This document shows positions 1 to 12,635 of a DNA stretch of 64,000 nt, piece after piece. Both the position numbers and the translations under genes were made by a program. The stretch spans positions 957,566 through 1,021,565 of the forward strand of contig BCKZ01000004.1 of assembly GCA_001600815.1 (NCBI GenBank), written 5' to 3'. Numbering within the stretch: the first letter of the stretch is position 1; each line of letters starts with the position of its first letter. The notes under the pieces were generated by a model. The model was not told the DNA's origin. It saw only the letters and a program-made list of their open reading frames with translations, and ran no database searches. This DNA comes from Alloascoidea hylecoeti (lineage: Eukaryota).

Positions 1-1428
1 TTACAAGATAAGTTTCTTATACCACTTCTGCCTCATCAATTCTATCCGGTTGAAGAGCTATACTCTCGGGAGTACGAAAAGGCTTTGAAGTCTATTCCAC
101 AGGGTACCGCTACAAGTGAGGCCAAACGTGTCACAGAAGCAAAAAGCCAGGCTAGAAAATATATTCATGATCTATTAACGGCGACACCAGAAAATCTATA
201 TACTTCTATGAAGGCAAATGGTAATGACACAAATATCCCCGCTGCCTCTAAACGTGTTAGACGAAATCAACCCCCAGTGTATACCACTGGAGGTAGAGTC
301 GTTAATCCCGATATGCCTTTACAATTCAATTATAATAAGTTTCATTTACACAATAGGACTCAAGCATTAGTTAAGTTCGCTGCTCAGAGAGTGGGACCTG
401 TTACTGCAAAGGTCTACGAAGCAGCTCTTGGAATATTGGAGAAAAAGATGACCCACTGCAAAGATCCATTTATCAAAATTGGTGGTATTATTGCTGAACA
501 AGATGTCGTTAGCAGAATGAGAAGAGATAATGAAGATAATGAGCTTAGTAGTGAACTATCATTCTCGGCATCTGAAGTCATGAACCGCCTAGGGCCAGAA
601 GTAAATTTACAGAGCACAATTGTCTTAGCTCCTACAAATGGATATAAACGAAGTGGTGAAAACGGTCAAACAAACGATAACAAACGAGCTCGAATTAATA
701 ATGGAACTGCGTTACCATTTCAACAAATGGACCAAGACGATGATGACGATGACGACGACGACGATGATGACGATAATGGAATGGATAATATGGACGAAGG
801 CTCTTCAGCGTCTATAGGATTGGTTATGAATCATTTGAAACTTCTGGCAAACAACCCTACACCTTTTTTGAAGGAATCTAAAAGTGGTATATTTTGCGTT
901 CAATTTTCAAAGTTGATTCCCAAACTCCAAGGATCTACATATGATAAAATTTTACAGAGTTGTTTATCTCCAATAGCAATGCGTATTCTGCGCATAGTTC
1001 GAGAAGAAGGGCTTGTCGACGAAAAACAACTTACAAACGTTGGTCTGGTTAAAAATAAGGACGTTAGATCTGTAACGTTTGAACTTGTTCGTTGGGGTGG
1101 GGTAGAAATTCAAGAAGTTCCAAGGTCTGCAGATAGAAATCCTGCCAGATCCATTTTTTTATTCCGTCATAAGTCTACTGTCGCGTATAGTATTCTAAGT
1201 AATTGTTTATTAAGTACAATGGCAAAAATGTATGAAAGAATATTAGCCGAGAGAAAGGTACTTACTATTCTGCTTACCAAATGTGAAAGAGAAGATATAA
1301 AGGGTAATGAGAACTTGCTAACTAAATATGAGTTGCTTGAACTTCAGAAATTGCAAAAAAAGGAAATAAAACTTTTAGGACAAATCTCAAGAGCAAGAGA
1401 AATCAATGACATTTTTGAAGTATATTAG
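1..1428 (+). CDS. RPC82: RNA polymerase III subunit C3/C82, 5'-truncated by window edge
   Basis: Frame is open from base 1. C-terminal winged-helix region with 'IQEVPRSADRNPARSIFLF' motif and coiled tail typical of Rpc82. Convergent with SKI3 as in S. cerevisiae. Confidence 0.93.
   Translation, partial: LQDKFLIPLLPHQFYPVEELYSREYEKALKSIPQGTATSEAKRVTEAKSQARKYIHDLLTATPENLYTSMKANGNDTNIPAASKRVRRNQPPVYTTGGRVVNPDMPLQFNYNKFHLHNRTQALVKFAAQRVGPVTAKVYEAALGILEKKMTHCKDPFIKIGGIIAEQDVVSRMRRDNEDNELSSELSFSASEVMNRLGPEVNLQSTIVLAPTNGYKRSGENGQTNDNKRARINNGTALPFQQMDQDDDDDDDDDDDDDNGMDNMDEGSSASIGLVMNHLKLLANNPTPFLKESKSGIFCVQFSKLIPKLQGSTYDKILQSCLSPIAMRILRIVREEGLVDEKQLTNVGLVKNKDVRSVTFELVRWGGVEIQEVPRSADRNPARSIFLFRHKSTVAYSILSNCLLSTMAKMYERILAERKVLTILLTKCEREDIKGNENLLTKYELLELQKLQKKEIKLLGQISRAREINDIFEVY
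735..773 (+). repeat. GAY trinucleotide run encoding poly-Asp in RPC82
   Basis: gacgatgatgacgatgacgacgacgacgatgatgacgat. Confidence 0.85.
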
Positions 1429-1595
1429 TCTACCTTTTTTCCTTTTGTACATAATATTAATATAATTTTCCAAGCATGTTTACATTTTATCTGAATTTTA
1501 TTTTACTGCAGATATAACTCTGGCTATACCTATTCATATGTGGTGTAGTACTAGAATAATAGGTATATGCAATCAACAATCATCGTGAAGTTTTT

Positions 1596-4500
1596 TTATC
1601 CTTTCACGACCTTCTGAAAACTACTCCACGCATTTTTATTCCAAGGAGCTAGCATTATTGCTCGTTGATTTGCTCCGAATGTTCCTTGATTAACGTATTC
1701 ATCCGCTAGAATATTAGCATCAATATCCTCAGATTCCGATCCAATCTTTAACGCTGTATTAGAATTAATATTTGTCCATGCTTTAAACCTATTTGGCCAC
1801 AGCATTACCGCTCGTAACCATGGTTCCAATTCGTTAGAGCCTAATTTTTTCTTCAAAACCGATAAGAGATACTGAACATTGTTTTCACTATCTGTGTTCA
1901 GCTCCTCTAAAGATAATGATTCTAATTCCTTAGCGCTAGCTTCAATTAAATCGTCATTACCCTCAACAAAACTCAAAGCCCCTAGTAGTAACACCACCGA
2001 TATGGAAGATCCTGATTGCTCAATATTGGCATATAATTCATCTAGTGCAGCCTGCTTTTCATCTTCTCCACCATTAGCCCAAAGTATTTGAGCTAGTAAT
2101 ATGATCATAGCTTGTGCTTCATCAGATTCCACCAAAACTTTCCTGAATTGTTGTAGTGCTGAACTGAAATCTTTCAAGAAATAAAAGGCCAAGCCAGAGG
2201 TGACTAAAGCAGATAGATAGCATCTTTTCGTCTCCTTTTTTAATTCACTCGTATTCTCACTATCCTTTTCATCTTCATCATTATTACCGTCGTCAAGCAA
2301 ATCTAAAACTAACTGTGACTCTTCAAGAGCATTATCATACTCTTTCAAACCTAAGTTCAGTCTTGCTAATTGCGCTTTGGCAATTGCATACTTGGCAAGA
2401 AGTTGGTCCGTTTGCTCTTCTTCATATTTCGACTCTACATCATCTGTATACTGAGTGATGAGTTGAATAGCAGAACCATATTCCTTAACACGCTCAGCTT
2501 CTAGACCAAAAACGTTATACGCTATTGAGGAATTTGAATCAAAACAAATGTATTGATTTAAAGCAACAAGAGCGCTCGAAAGTTCCTGCACTGCTAAAGT
2601 AGATTGAGAATTACCCCAATTCTTTTCAATTGCTGATAGTCCATATAGTAATTTAGGAATTTTATTTGTCCCCTTTGACATGACATATGAATGTTCAAAT
2701 AAGTGATGTGAGTCAGTACTATTACCATTGATTGATGAAATGATAGCCTGTCCAGCCCATGTATTCGCGATTTCCGGATCTTGTGTTTGGGCTTTTTGAT
2801 AAGCCTCCAAGGCTAGTTCGACATCTCCAAAACTAAGATATAACGTTGCAAGATTCGACCAAACTAACGGTTGACGAGAGCTTAGACTTAATGCACGAAT
2901 AAAGCAATGTTGGGCAACTTTAGGATTCACATCTATAGCTGCAATTCCAAAAACATTCCAAGCCTGGAAGTTTCTGTTTTCTAATTGAATGCTTCGTTTA
3001 ATTGCAGTAATTGCAGAATCCAAGTAACCTTTCAATGACTTTCCGGTTTCATGATATACATTAAGTTCAGAAAGTGCTAGATTATACCAAGAAAGGGAAA
3101 GAACATTCCGGCTTGGGTTGATGACCGCCAATTCCCGCGTATTATTTTTATAACATAAGATATATATCATAGAAACAATCCTGTGTAATTTCCAATTGGA
3201 TTTATACTCTGAGTATTCAGTTATTTTCTTTAAAATGGAGTCAGATGAAACTTCATCATCTTTAGTAATTTCTATTAATATTTCAGAATCTTTAATCCCG
3301 GGTCCTTTAATTTTTAAAATATTTATGAAATTCTCAAGTGGGAAGGACTCAAGTTTACTCTGAACGGTTAAAAATGTTCGACACACTTCGCCAGCTTTCT
3401 CCCAGAGAATATGTGAAGCATTCTCTAATTTTATGGCTTTTTCAATGATTAAAGTCGCTTTATTTGCAATCTCTAAAGCTCTTCCAAAAAAACCCTGCTC
3501 TAACAAGCTATCTGAAGAAGCTAACAAAGTTGTAATTAATTCCATTAACAAACACTTTTCTTCTGGTCTTGATTCACAAATATCTTCATAAATTTCAATA
3601 GCGTTCTCAAATTCACCAATATATCGTGATACCATTCCAATCATAAACTTTGTATGCCAATCGTCCTTTAACAACAAAGATCTGTTAAACACCTTTAAGG
3701 CAGCATCAAATTTACCACAACCACAATAAGCTTCACCAAGACCAAACCAGGAATTTGAATCGGTAGCATCCATACGAATAGCTGATTGGAAGTATTCAAT
3801 AGCTTTTACATAATCCGACCCATTCAAAGAAGTAATTCCCAACATTCTATAAGGCCAACCGGAATCAGGCCCAGACTGATTTTTGAATGCATTTGATGAA
3901 ATCACTCTCTCAGATAAGACCTGTATGAATTCCCAATCTTTAGCATCAGCAAAGCTAGAAACTAAACGTTTGGCTGCATCAATTTCCGAAGCATCTAATT
4001 CTAAAGCTTTATAGAAACATTTTGATGCGCGTTGTTCATCACCAGCAATATCAGAGTAAAATATACCAAGTGCGGTATAAGAAGGAGCGTAGTTATTACT
4101 TTCTCTCAAAGAACTTATCAAACTTTCGAATGTCTTATTCAAAAGCAGGTCATTTTCATCGTCAGGATTGTTATCAAAGTGTTCATTCCAATAACTGCGA
4201 GAGATACGCCACCACATTTTAGCCCTAATTTCTCTGGAGAATAAATCATTACCATCAACAATTTTCAAACATTCATTGAGTTTTTTCCGGCCTTTTTCAT
4301 GTTGATCCATTAGAATTTCACACCATGCTAACTCAATCAAAGCTTCTGTATTCTCTGGGTGAGCTGAAGAGACTTTCTCTAGAAGCTCTTTTGCATCATC
4401 AAGATAACCTTGCTCAACGAGAATTAAACCCTTACCTACTTGTGCTGTGGTATTTGAAGGACTACTTTTCAATACTTTATCGAACAATGCAATAGCTTTG

Positions 4501-6098
4501 TTGAAATTTTTTGGGGTTTCATAATAAATGTATGATGTACCTAAGGAAACACTAAGATATTCAACTGATTTATCAAGTTTAAGAGAAAATTGGGCAGTTT
4601 GTTGTTTACAAAACTGAAGTCCATTTCGAGAAACCTCCAATGAAGTTTCAAACTCTTTTAAGTGATTATAATATTGACTTAAAATTCGATATGATAAAAT
4701 AGTTGGCTGTTCTTCAAGACCTTGCGTCATTATACTGAGTATTTCAGCGCTTTCCATTTTAACTGCTTCATCTAGAGCCTCATCTGTTTCTTCAAGTTCG
4801 TCTTTATCATCTGACTCTTCCTCATTGTCTAACTGTTTCTCTAACTTTTTTTGAACTTTAATTTTCAGCTCCTCTTGGACTTTTTCTTCTTCAGTTGGTT
4901 CTGAAGATTTAGGGAAAGGTGAAATATCTGATTGTGAATAAGCATATAAAACTTTAGCCAAACCGGAACTGGCAAAAGTAGTCATAAAATGTTCTAATAA
5001 ATTGAAGTCAAAATGAAAGAGATCATCATAATCATTCCAGTCAATTGTGATAATCCAGGCTAACTCTACATTGCTATTGACAGTAACCATACCTTCTGCT
5101 AGCTTTTTGACTTCCTCTAGCAATTCCAACCTATCTTCTTCATTCGGCGAAATTTTCAACAAGTCATACTTTTCTTGCAACAGTTTCCCTTCCATTTGTC
5201 TTCGTTTGAAGTCATCCATACACCAATCACAATACATTTGATATAATTTAGGCAATTCTGATTTTGATTTGAATTCATATCTAACTTCATTTAATTTATG
5301 TTCTCTAAGTTCACCTTTTGGTGGTAATTTCAAACTAATTTTTGCAATTTTCTTATTCATTTCTGTATTTTCTCTATCCTCAATAATTTTGATCAATTTA
5401 GTGAGAGTATTATGAGGAGCTGGAATACAATGTGAGATAATGTGATATATCTTGGAATCTGGAAGTAATAATCGGTAAAACGTTTCTGTCTTTGAATGAA
5501 GTTAGTTAGTGAATTAATAACATATTTTAGCAATATTGGAAAAAAGGGAAAAATCATTTACCTGTTGGATGTTTCCATGGACTTTCATAAATGTAGTCGA
5601 TTGCCTAACTTGTGTTGCAATAGTTGCTTGTTTTCCTGATACCTTTTCGAATGATTCTATTATATGAGTAAAAGCAGTTATAAAACCATCACAATCTTCC
5701 ATAATTTGGTATAAATTCATTAGACCTTTCCAATGCAAAACATTATCAGGATCTGTATTATTATTCTTTGCTTTTATATACTTTTTTTTTGCTTCTGGAT
5801 AGTTTTCGGTGATTTCATAATTTTTGGCTAAAAGGACCAATGTCATGTAATCATTGGGATCCTCCTCAAGTATTGCGTTCAATATATCAAAAGCTTTTTG
5901 ATTATTATGTAATTCAATACATTTTCTCGCTTCTTTTAGCCGTTTTTTAAAGGAATCTGAGATTGGATTTTTTTTAACGGAACCTTTAGAAGATGTTTCC
6001 TTTGGATGTTTTTCCGTGGAAATTGTGGAAGATGGTTTTTTAAGACGCTTCCTAGTGGAACTCGATCCATCCTTCGCTTGATTTTTAATGGAACTCAT
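1596..6098 (-). CDS. SKI3: Superkiller complex TPR protein Ski3, ~1476 aa; exons 6098-5562 and 5489-1596
   Basis: Two TPR-rich ORFs joined by a 72-nt phase-0 intron 5561-5490 (GTAAAT...ACTAAC...AAG). Motifs 'NYAPSYTALG..Y', 'KCFYKALELDA' and 'QHCFIRAL'. Confidence 0.92.
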
Positions 6099-7506
6099 GG
6101 AGGTTAATTATGATTGAAAGGTATTACAGAACAGAGCTCGAGCATACAATTAAGTTATGAACAGAACCTTCAAATCGTTTAGTTACCCTTCCATTGTATC
6201 TTCCAGTTACCCAATTGATCTCAACTCCACAATAAGATCTTATAATAATATTAATTATACCATTCACAGCACACCGTATTGAGTAGCTTATATAAATAAA
6301 TTATTGAGTCTGCTCAGCTGAAAATAGTTGAATTGATGTTATCAACTATTCCAATTCATACCCCGTTATTAGTTAAGTCTAAGATATATCCCCAATACGT
6401 ATCAAACCACAACAATTTTACTACTGAATTCTAAATAAAGAGCCAATTAAAACACTATTTCCTTGATTTCAACTTAATTAAAGCATAAAAAATTATCTTC
6501 GCCTTTTTTCTCGGATGCCATTATTTTTGCATCTCATTCCTTCGATTTCACAATGTTCACATATGCACCAGTTTAGCAATTGCAACTTTGCAAGTACGAT
6601 AGTAAAAACATAACAAACATAAAAAATGTTATTTTTAGAATATGAAATATATTGGGATTTATCATCTGATTATATTATAAGTAAAAGAGCATGCTAAAAA
6701 TGATTATATATTACTCATTTCACTCTACAATTCCTAACAACACGGTTATTCCAAAACATACCGCCAAAATATGTCGTTACAACATCCATACCAACTATTA
6801 CCAAGTACAATCTGTATATATTGGAAGGCCAAGTGAATCGTGTTTTCGAATGAATATCTATCATTAAAGTCCAATTAAAATGATGGTGTTATTTATTTTT
6901 GCTCCGCCCCACTCATTATCTCCCTATCACAACCCACCGGTATCATCACCTGCTAACTAAATCAACGAATTTGTTGGGGGAGTTCTTCGGTGCATTAATG
7001 TGCATATGGCGTTTATCCATTTCTTAACCGTTGAATCATTCTTGGGCCAAAGGAGGACTCACCACGGAATACGGAACCGGGCATTTGGGGGTGTTGTTAA
7101 CGAGTATAAGCTGCAAGATCAGCATAGATTATATAGTGGATTTAATACGAAACTGAGTTGTTAAACGGCAGAAGTGTCGAGCCCTTATCATCTAGGTGTA
7201 TGCTACGGCTGTGACGTGTGGACTTGTCGCACGTGTCTTCACTCACCGTTTTATTTGGTTAGCTCCCTTAAATCATATATTGGGGAAGAAATGTAAACGG
7301 ACTTCGAAGTTGAGGATCTCAAGTAAATTGTAATATCACCACCCTGCTAGATCTCGATTAGATTACAATCATGTCACTAAATACGAGCCAAGTTGGGGTA
7401 ACTTCACAGATTACGTACCCATTAGCTAATTAGTATCACGTGCGATATACTCTATCTTGGATATATTTTGGCCCAACTTCTATAAAGCTTTATATTTAGT
7501 TTCCAA

Positions 7507-10110
7507 ATGGCGGAACACCAACGGCAGACAGATCCCAGAACGGGTAAGTCTCGCGATCAGGTTTCCCAGACAAGCAAGCTACAGCAGGTCGTCCAGAACT
7601 TCTTCGTCAAAGCTAGCCAGACGGTGGTGGCATCCCGTATGCACACCATACCGGTGCTCTCTAAAGGTTCTGGTACTCCCAAGATAAATGGGTGGTTTAA
7701 TCTTAACACCGAGGTGTCGGATTATCACAAGGAGGATCTCAAACTGTGGAAGCTTGACAGACCCTATGATCAGATTCCACCTATGGTTCTGGAGACATAT
7801 CTTGACATCAGAGGTCTCAGCTCCAAGCAAACCCTGGTGTTAACAAGTGATCAGGATGGTAAGCCATGGCCAGCCACAAAAGGTACAAAGCGAACTGAAG
7901 TTGTGTTGGAGCGATGGCTAGTGGAGCTTAGTCCAAACTCATCTCAAGCAGTTACCGAGGGTTCAATCGATCTCCTGGTTATATATAGGAAATGTATTGT
8001 ACTGTTTCGTGCTTTATACACCTTCACACGTTTAATGCCTGCTTATAAACTCAGAAGAAAACTACAAAAGCAAAAGCTAAATGTGTCTCCTCTTAAAATA
8101 TCTGTTCGAATACTTGATGGCTCTTTGCCGATCACTAGCCGGGGGCGAGTAGGTTTATCCAAAGCAATCGTTGAGACACCCACAACTTCTTCCTTTTCAT
8201 CCCAACAACAATCCCAATCTTCATCCCAGTCACAACCGCATCTTGGTCAGTATCGGTTTGCTCCAATACAAACTCCGGTGGGCGATTTCCGAATATCTGT
8301 TTCATATAGATTAAATTGCGACTTCAAAGTTGACGATCAAGAACAGTTACTAAGCACACACTTTTTAAATCTAGACGAGAATTCAAAGCGGCCCAGTGGT
8401 GGTCCAATAGATGTCGTGAGGAGAATATCAGTTTCAAATAACTCTAATACAAACATCAACGCTATTTCTCCATCTTGGAAAACAGATACCAATCAAACTT
8501 CTAACCATGTGAGAATACCTAGCTTATCTGGCAGAAACTCTTACAAAAATGAGGATAATATACATGACCGTGATTTGACCTCAAAAGCATCCATAAATAG
8601 TAGAAGACAATCAGTATCATTTATGCAACCTTTCAGGGAGTCCTCTTTCTCAGGATCTCCAGCAAGTGAGATATCTATACCATCATCATCTCAATCATCT
8701 CATCCAGGTTCTTATTTCACACGTAATATATATAATACAACCTCAACTTCAATGGCCCAAAGGATTCCAAATCGGTCTTACTCAAACGTTTCTATTGCAT
8801 CTGGAGGTAACACAACAACCCCAGTTCCCATATCAACATCAAATGACCATGCTATATCATCTTCAATTTCAAGTACGTCTGGATCTGCTCGAAGATATAG
8901 TAGTAGTTTTGGTTCGAGGTCTGGTTGGAAGCGTCCTGGCTCGGTGACAAGTGTTTCATCTAAAATCCGAAGAGATTCGAATATTAGCATAGCGTCATCG
9001 ACATACGAACCAGCTAGCGGTCTTTATCTCGACGAATCAGATCTAGCTATCGGAGAATTTGTGAAAATGGTTGATTCACGTCGTGACCTTAAAATATTTG
9101 ATAAACAACAACATAATGCCAGTCAGATCTTTTATGGTTCTTCGGCGAATTCAACAGAAGATAACAATCATGAAAGAGGATCGGCTGGTACCAAAAATGC
9201 ATTGGAAAAGTTTCAACACTTAAAAGGGACTCATAATGCTTTGACTGAATCAATTTCTAATTCTCTACTTTTTTCCAATTCCCCAACTGTATCTTCTCCA
9301 CATCAGGTTTACCAGAATTCTAATTACTCAAGATCGTCTACAAACTCTGGATCTCCACATGGAGCAAGTGTAGGTGCTATCTATAATATGCCTAATCTTC
9401 CAGGATCTGTTATCAGTATTACTCCTTCCTCATATAAAGGTACATCTCCTCACTTTCCTTATACTCCAACTATACCTTCAAGATTGAGCGAACAAACAAG
9501 TCTTGAAAACGAAATAGGATCCGAGAACGCTTACTTCAAAGAAAGATTGGCTTCAGATTCTAGAACTTCTTCTACTGCACATCAAAGGCATATCTCTGAT
9601 AGTGTGGTTAGTAAAGCAAATTCCTATAACAACGTTTCTAATCCTCGTGCAATTGATATTCCATCGTCGCTAGCAACCAGATTTACTATCCTGAACTCAA
9701 GAGGGAAGGCTGCACTTAGTGTATCTGGTAGTCATACGTCTGAGTTTAAACATTTACATGCTGAAATGGAACTTGATACAGTGAATCATCCACAAAGTAT
9801 GAATACAAATATAATTAACACTATAAACAATGAACATTCAATACCTACCAATGAAAGCCCGGATTATCTACAGCAATATATATCAAGGCCTTCAAATTCC
9901 GATGTGTCTCGGTATCGGACTAGCTTACGTCAAAACTCTTTATTGGGTCATGTTTCCCAGCTAGATGAATATGACCATAGACAGACTAGATCAGATGTAA
10001 CAAGAATTGGAATTAGCGGCCGTCTAGATAGTCCACCTCATTTGGATACCGGTGTAGGTGCAGATGATGATGACTTGGTATTTGCAATGAGTGATATGAA
10101 CATGATTTAA
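7507..10110 (+). CDS. ATG13: Autophagy protein Atg13 (N-terminal HORMA domain + Ser-rich disordered region), 867 aa
   Basis: 'KLQQVVQNFFVKA', 'INGWFNL', 'PPMVLETYLD', 'VVLERWLVEL', 'LFRALYTFTRLMPA', and C-terminal 'DDDLVFAMSDM'. Confidence 0.95.
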   Translation: MAEHQRQTDPRTGKSRDQVSQTSKLQQVVQNFFVKASQTVVASRMHTIPVLSKGSGTPKINGWFNLNTEVSDYHKEDLKLWKLDRPYDQIPPMVLETYLDIRGLSSKQTLVLTSDQDGKPWPATKGTKRTEVVLERWLVELSPNSSQAVTEGSIDLLVIYRKCIVLFRALYTFTRLMPAYKLRRKLQKQKLNVSPLKISVRILDGSLPITSRGRVGLSKAIVETPTTSSFSSQQQSQSSSQSQPHLGQYRFAPIQTPVGDFRISVSYRLNCDFKVDDQEQLLSTHFLNLDENSKRPSGGPIDVVRRISVSNNSNTNINAISPSWKTDTNQTSNHVRIPSLSGRNSYKNEDNIHDRDLTSKASINSRRQSVSFMQPFRESSFSGSPASEISIPSSSQSSHPGSYFTRNIYNTTSTSMAQRIPNRSYSNVSIASGGNTTTPVPISTSNDHAISSSISSTSGSARRYSSSFGSRSGWKRPGSVTSVSSKIRRDSNISIASSTYEPASGLYLDESDLAIGEFVKMVDSRRDLKIFDKQQHNASQIFYGSSANSTEDNNHERGSAGTKNALEKFQHLKGTHNALTESISNSLLFSNSPTVSSPHQVYQNSNYSRSSTNSGSPHGASVGAIYNMPNLPGSVISITPSSYKGTSPHFPYTPTIPSRLSEQTSLENEIGSENAYFKERLASDSRTSSTAHQRHISDSVVSKANSYNNVSNPRAIDIPSSLATRFTILNSRGKAALSVSGSHTSEFKHLHAEMELDTVNHPQSMNTNIINTINNEHSIPTNESPDYLQQYISRPSNSDVSRYRTSLRQNSLLGHVSQLDEYDHRQTRSDVTRIGISGRLDSPPHLDTGVGADDDDLVFAMSDMNMI

Positions 10111-10890
10111 AATAATATTAAGAAAGAAGTCGTTAATGCAACCAAGTTTAATTAAGTTAATAAATGATGATTTTATAATTGAATCAAAGGCTATTTCGTT
10201 TTTGTCATTTTTATTTTCATTTATTTGTAATTAATTTTAAAGAATTTTTAAAGGTTTCTCATGTCGAAAAAAAAAGGTTAATATTCATTATTATTTATGT
10301 AAATACAAAAAATAAATAAAGATAGATGGACATACTTTTCCTTTAAATTTACATTTATTCTGATTCCTTCTAACAGAGAAAGGGTTATTTTTTTTTATTT
10401 AACTATCTTCTAATAGTAATGCCACTAATTAAATCCTAACCTCTTTCATTTTGTGAAATATCAGTTGATATGAAGTTTTTTTAATAGTCTTTGTATGAAT
10501 TACTATTATAACGAGTATGATGATGTTGATGATTCAGGGGAATTTGTAGTTAATTATCCGACATAGAACTATCCATAATTCTAGTTAGTAAAGAGATCAG
10601 ATTATTGATCATATTTTATTTTTATAATTAAGCATCATTATTAATTCCAAACACGATTTTTAAATCTTTCTGGAATACTAATAAAATGAAGAAAATAGAC
10701 AAATCATCATCATATATTTTTGAATTAAAACTGGGTGATGATCATCATGATCAAGAACATTCTGGTTTTATCCCAGATCATTGGAGATAATTCTTACAGG
10801 TGTTAATTGGTTTTATATTCTTTGAATTCTCATAATATTGTACATGATTACACATAGTTAAAATACAAAAATAAATAGAGACAATAGAAA

Positions 10891-12399
10891 TTAATAATCG
10901 GTAGATATATCCACAAATTCATCATAAAGTTTATTTTGATTGGCGTCCGAAATAGATTTTTCAACTGATTTTACTTCGAGTGATTTATCAGTTTTTAATG
11001 AAGGTGATATCGATGTTTCTGCCAGATGTGCAGCTTTTATGTGTCTATCTCGATCATACTGCCTTGTAAACATATCTGAGCATCCATCAAAAGGACAAGG
11101 TATATTCCTATTTTCTTCGTAGTTGCCTGTTAACCAATTAATCATTGACATTGTAGAAACAGGTTCTAAGTGGGAGATTTTCCTTTTTTTAGTTGGTTGT
11201 GATGAGGGGGAAGATGCATTTTTCTTAACAGATAGTCCAGGTGTAGATATTCTTACTAATTCTGTGTCAATTAAATCATCAGAAATAGCGGTAGAAGGAG
11301 AGTCAAAACCAACTTCAGATCCCAGTCTTGTAGTATTAGAGTCTACCAATGGCGGCGGTCGACTATTACATTCGAAATTTGCAGGAACAAATGCATGCTC
11401 ATTTTCATAATGTGATCTCAAATGGGCCTTTTTAGCGAATAACTCAGGACAAATTTCACATTTCCATTTTTTAATGACTTTCAATTCATCGTGAATTAAT
11501 AGATGTTTGGCAAGACCATTATTTCCAACACAAGATTTACCACATTTAGGACACTTTAATTTTAGATGGTCTTTATTAATATGTGCCCTTACTTGGGTCC
11601 AATTTTCGAAGCTCCTGCCACAAGTTTCATATTCACAATGATATTGAAGTACATTGGAATGGCATTTAGCCATGTGTATTTTTAGTCGGGCTTTATGAGA
11701 AAATTCCTTCGTGCAATCCTCATGAGAACACTTGTATTGCTTTTCGTGGGTATGGTTTATCCTGATATGTTTATTCAGTTGAGTCTTCCTATGAAATTTG
11801 GCATCACAACCTTCATAAGTACACAAGACACTAGCAATATGTGTCTTAATATGCCTTCGTAAATGTTGAGTAGTGTTACATCCTTTCCCACAGGTTTCAC
11901 ACCTAAAAGGCTTTTCTGAATCTTTAAGGTGTGAAAATTTATGGATTTTTAAATGCGAGGCTCGAAAAAATGAATCACCACAAGTAGTACAAATGAATGG
12001 TCTTTCACCAGTGTGTGATCTTTTATGTTGGTCCAGCAATGATGTCCGTGAATATACTTTATCGCATCCCTTAAAATCACAATGATGTACTTTAGCACGA
12101 GGACGTGTTCGCTTTGATGACTGCGTTGATGACTCTGTTGGTGACTCTGTTAATGACTGCTTTGATTGCTCTGATGTCTCAGTTAACGTTGTTGTCTTCT
12201 TTGACGTATCTGTTAAAACTTGCTTTGACGTTTGACCTGGTGTTTGCGATTGACTTTTACTTTTCTTGCTATCTTTATCTGTTTTGTGAAATACTTTCTC
12301 CAAATCATTTTTATCGTTGTTATCTTCTTCTTCTACTTCTGAAGGTATGTAATCTGACTCTGAATAATCGCTGAACATCTCATCCTGACTATCTCCCAT
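10891..12399 (-). CDS. PZF1: Transcription factor IIIA (5S rRNA), 502 aa, 9 C2H2 fingers
   Basis: Eight tandem C2H2 fingers, a ~95-aa spacer, then a ninth finger (yeast TFIIIA layout). Divergent from RPO26. First ATG at 12399. Confidence 0.9.
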   Translation of the reverse strand: MGDSQDEMFSDYSESDYIPSEVEEEDNNDKNDLEKVFHKTDKDSKKSKSQSQTPGQTSKQVLTDTSKKTTTLTETSEQSKQSLTESPTESSTQSSKRTRPRAKVHHCDFKGCDKVYSRTSLLDQHKRSHTGERPFICTTCGDSFFRASHLKIHKFSHLKDSEKPFRCETCGKGCNTTQHLRRHIKTHIASVLCTYEGCDAKFHRKTQLNKHIRINHTHEKQYKCSHEDCTKEFSHKARLKIHMAKCHSNVLQYHCEYETCGRSFENWTQVRAHINKDHLKLKCPKCGKSCVGNNGLAKHLLIHDELKVIKKWKCEICPELFAKKAHLRSHYENEHAFVPANFECNSRPPPLVDSNTTRLGSEVGFDSPSTAISDDLIDTELVRISTPGLSVKKNASSPSSQPTKKRKISHLEPVSTMSMINWLTGNYEENRNIPCPFDGCSDMFTRQYDRDRHIKAAHLAETSISPSLKTDKSLEVKSVEKSISDANQNKLYDEFVDISTDY

Positions 12400-12635
12400 G
12401 TTAACGATTCTGTGTAGCGAAAATACGAAGCAAAACAAACTTTCTCCTGGCTTATTATTTCACTTCAAGGATACTTTTTTGGATGCTATCCGGTACTAAT
12501 ATTTACTGCGGTGCTGCTCAATTGTTGCGTATATTACAGGCCGATGGCTTAGTCATTGCAGTGCGAGACTATTAGTAATTAACAAAAATTTTGTTTTTTA
12601 TCTCCAGTCTTTAAATTTCATATTTCAGTTGAAAA

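Noticed and set aside
10490..10790. Two short coding-looking ORFs (MNYYYNEYDD..., MKKIDKSSS...) or a C/D snoRNA between ATG13 and PZF1
   Set aside because: Under 40 aa, no recognisable family, no splice path joining them, and no convincing C/D box pair with terminal stem.
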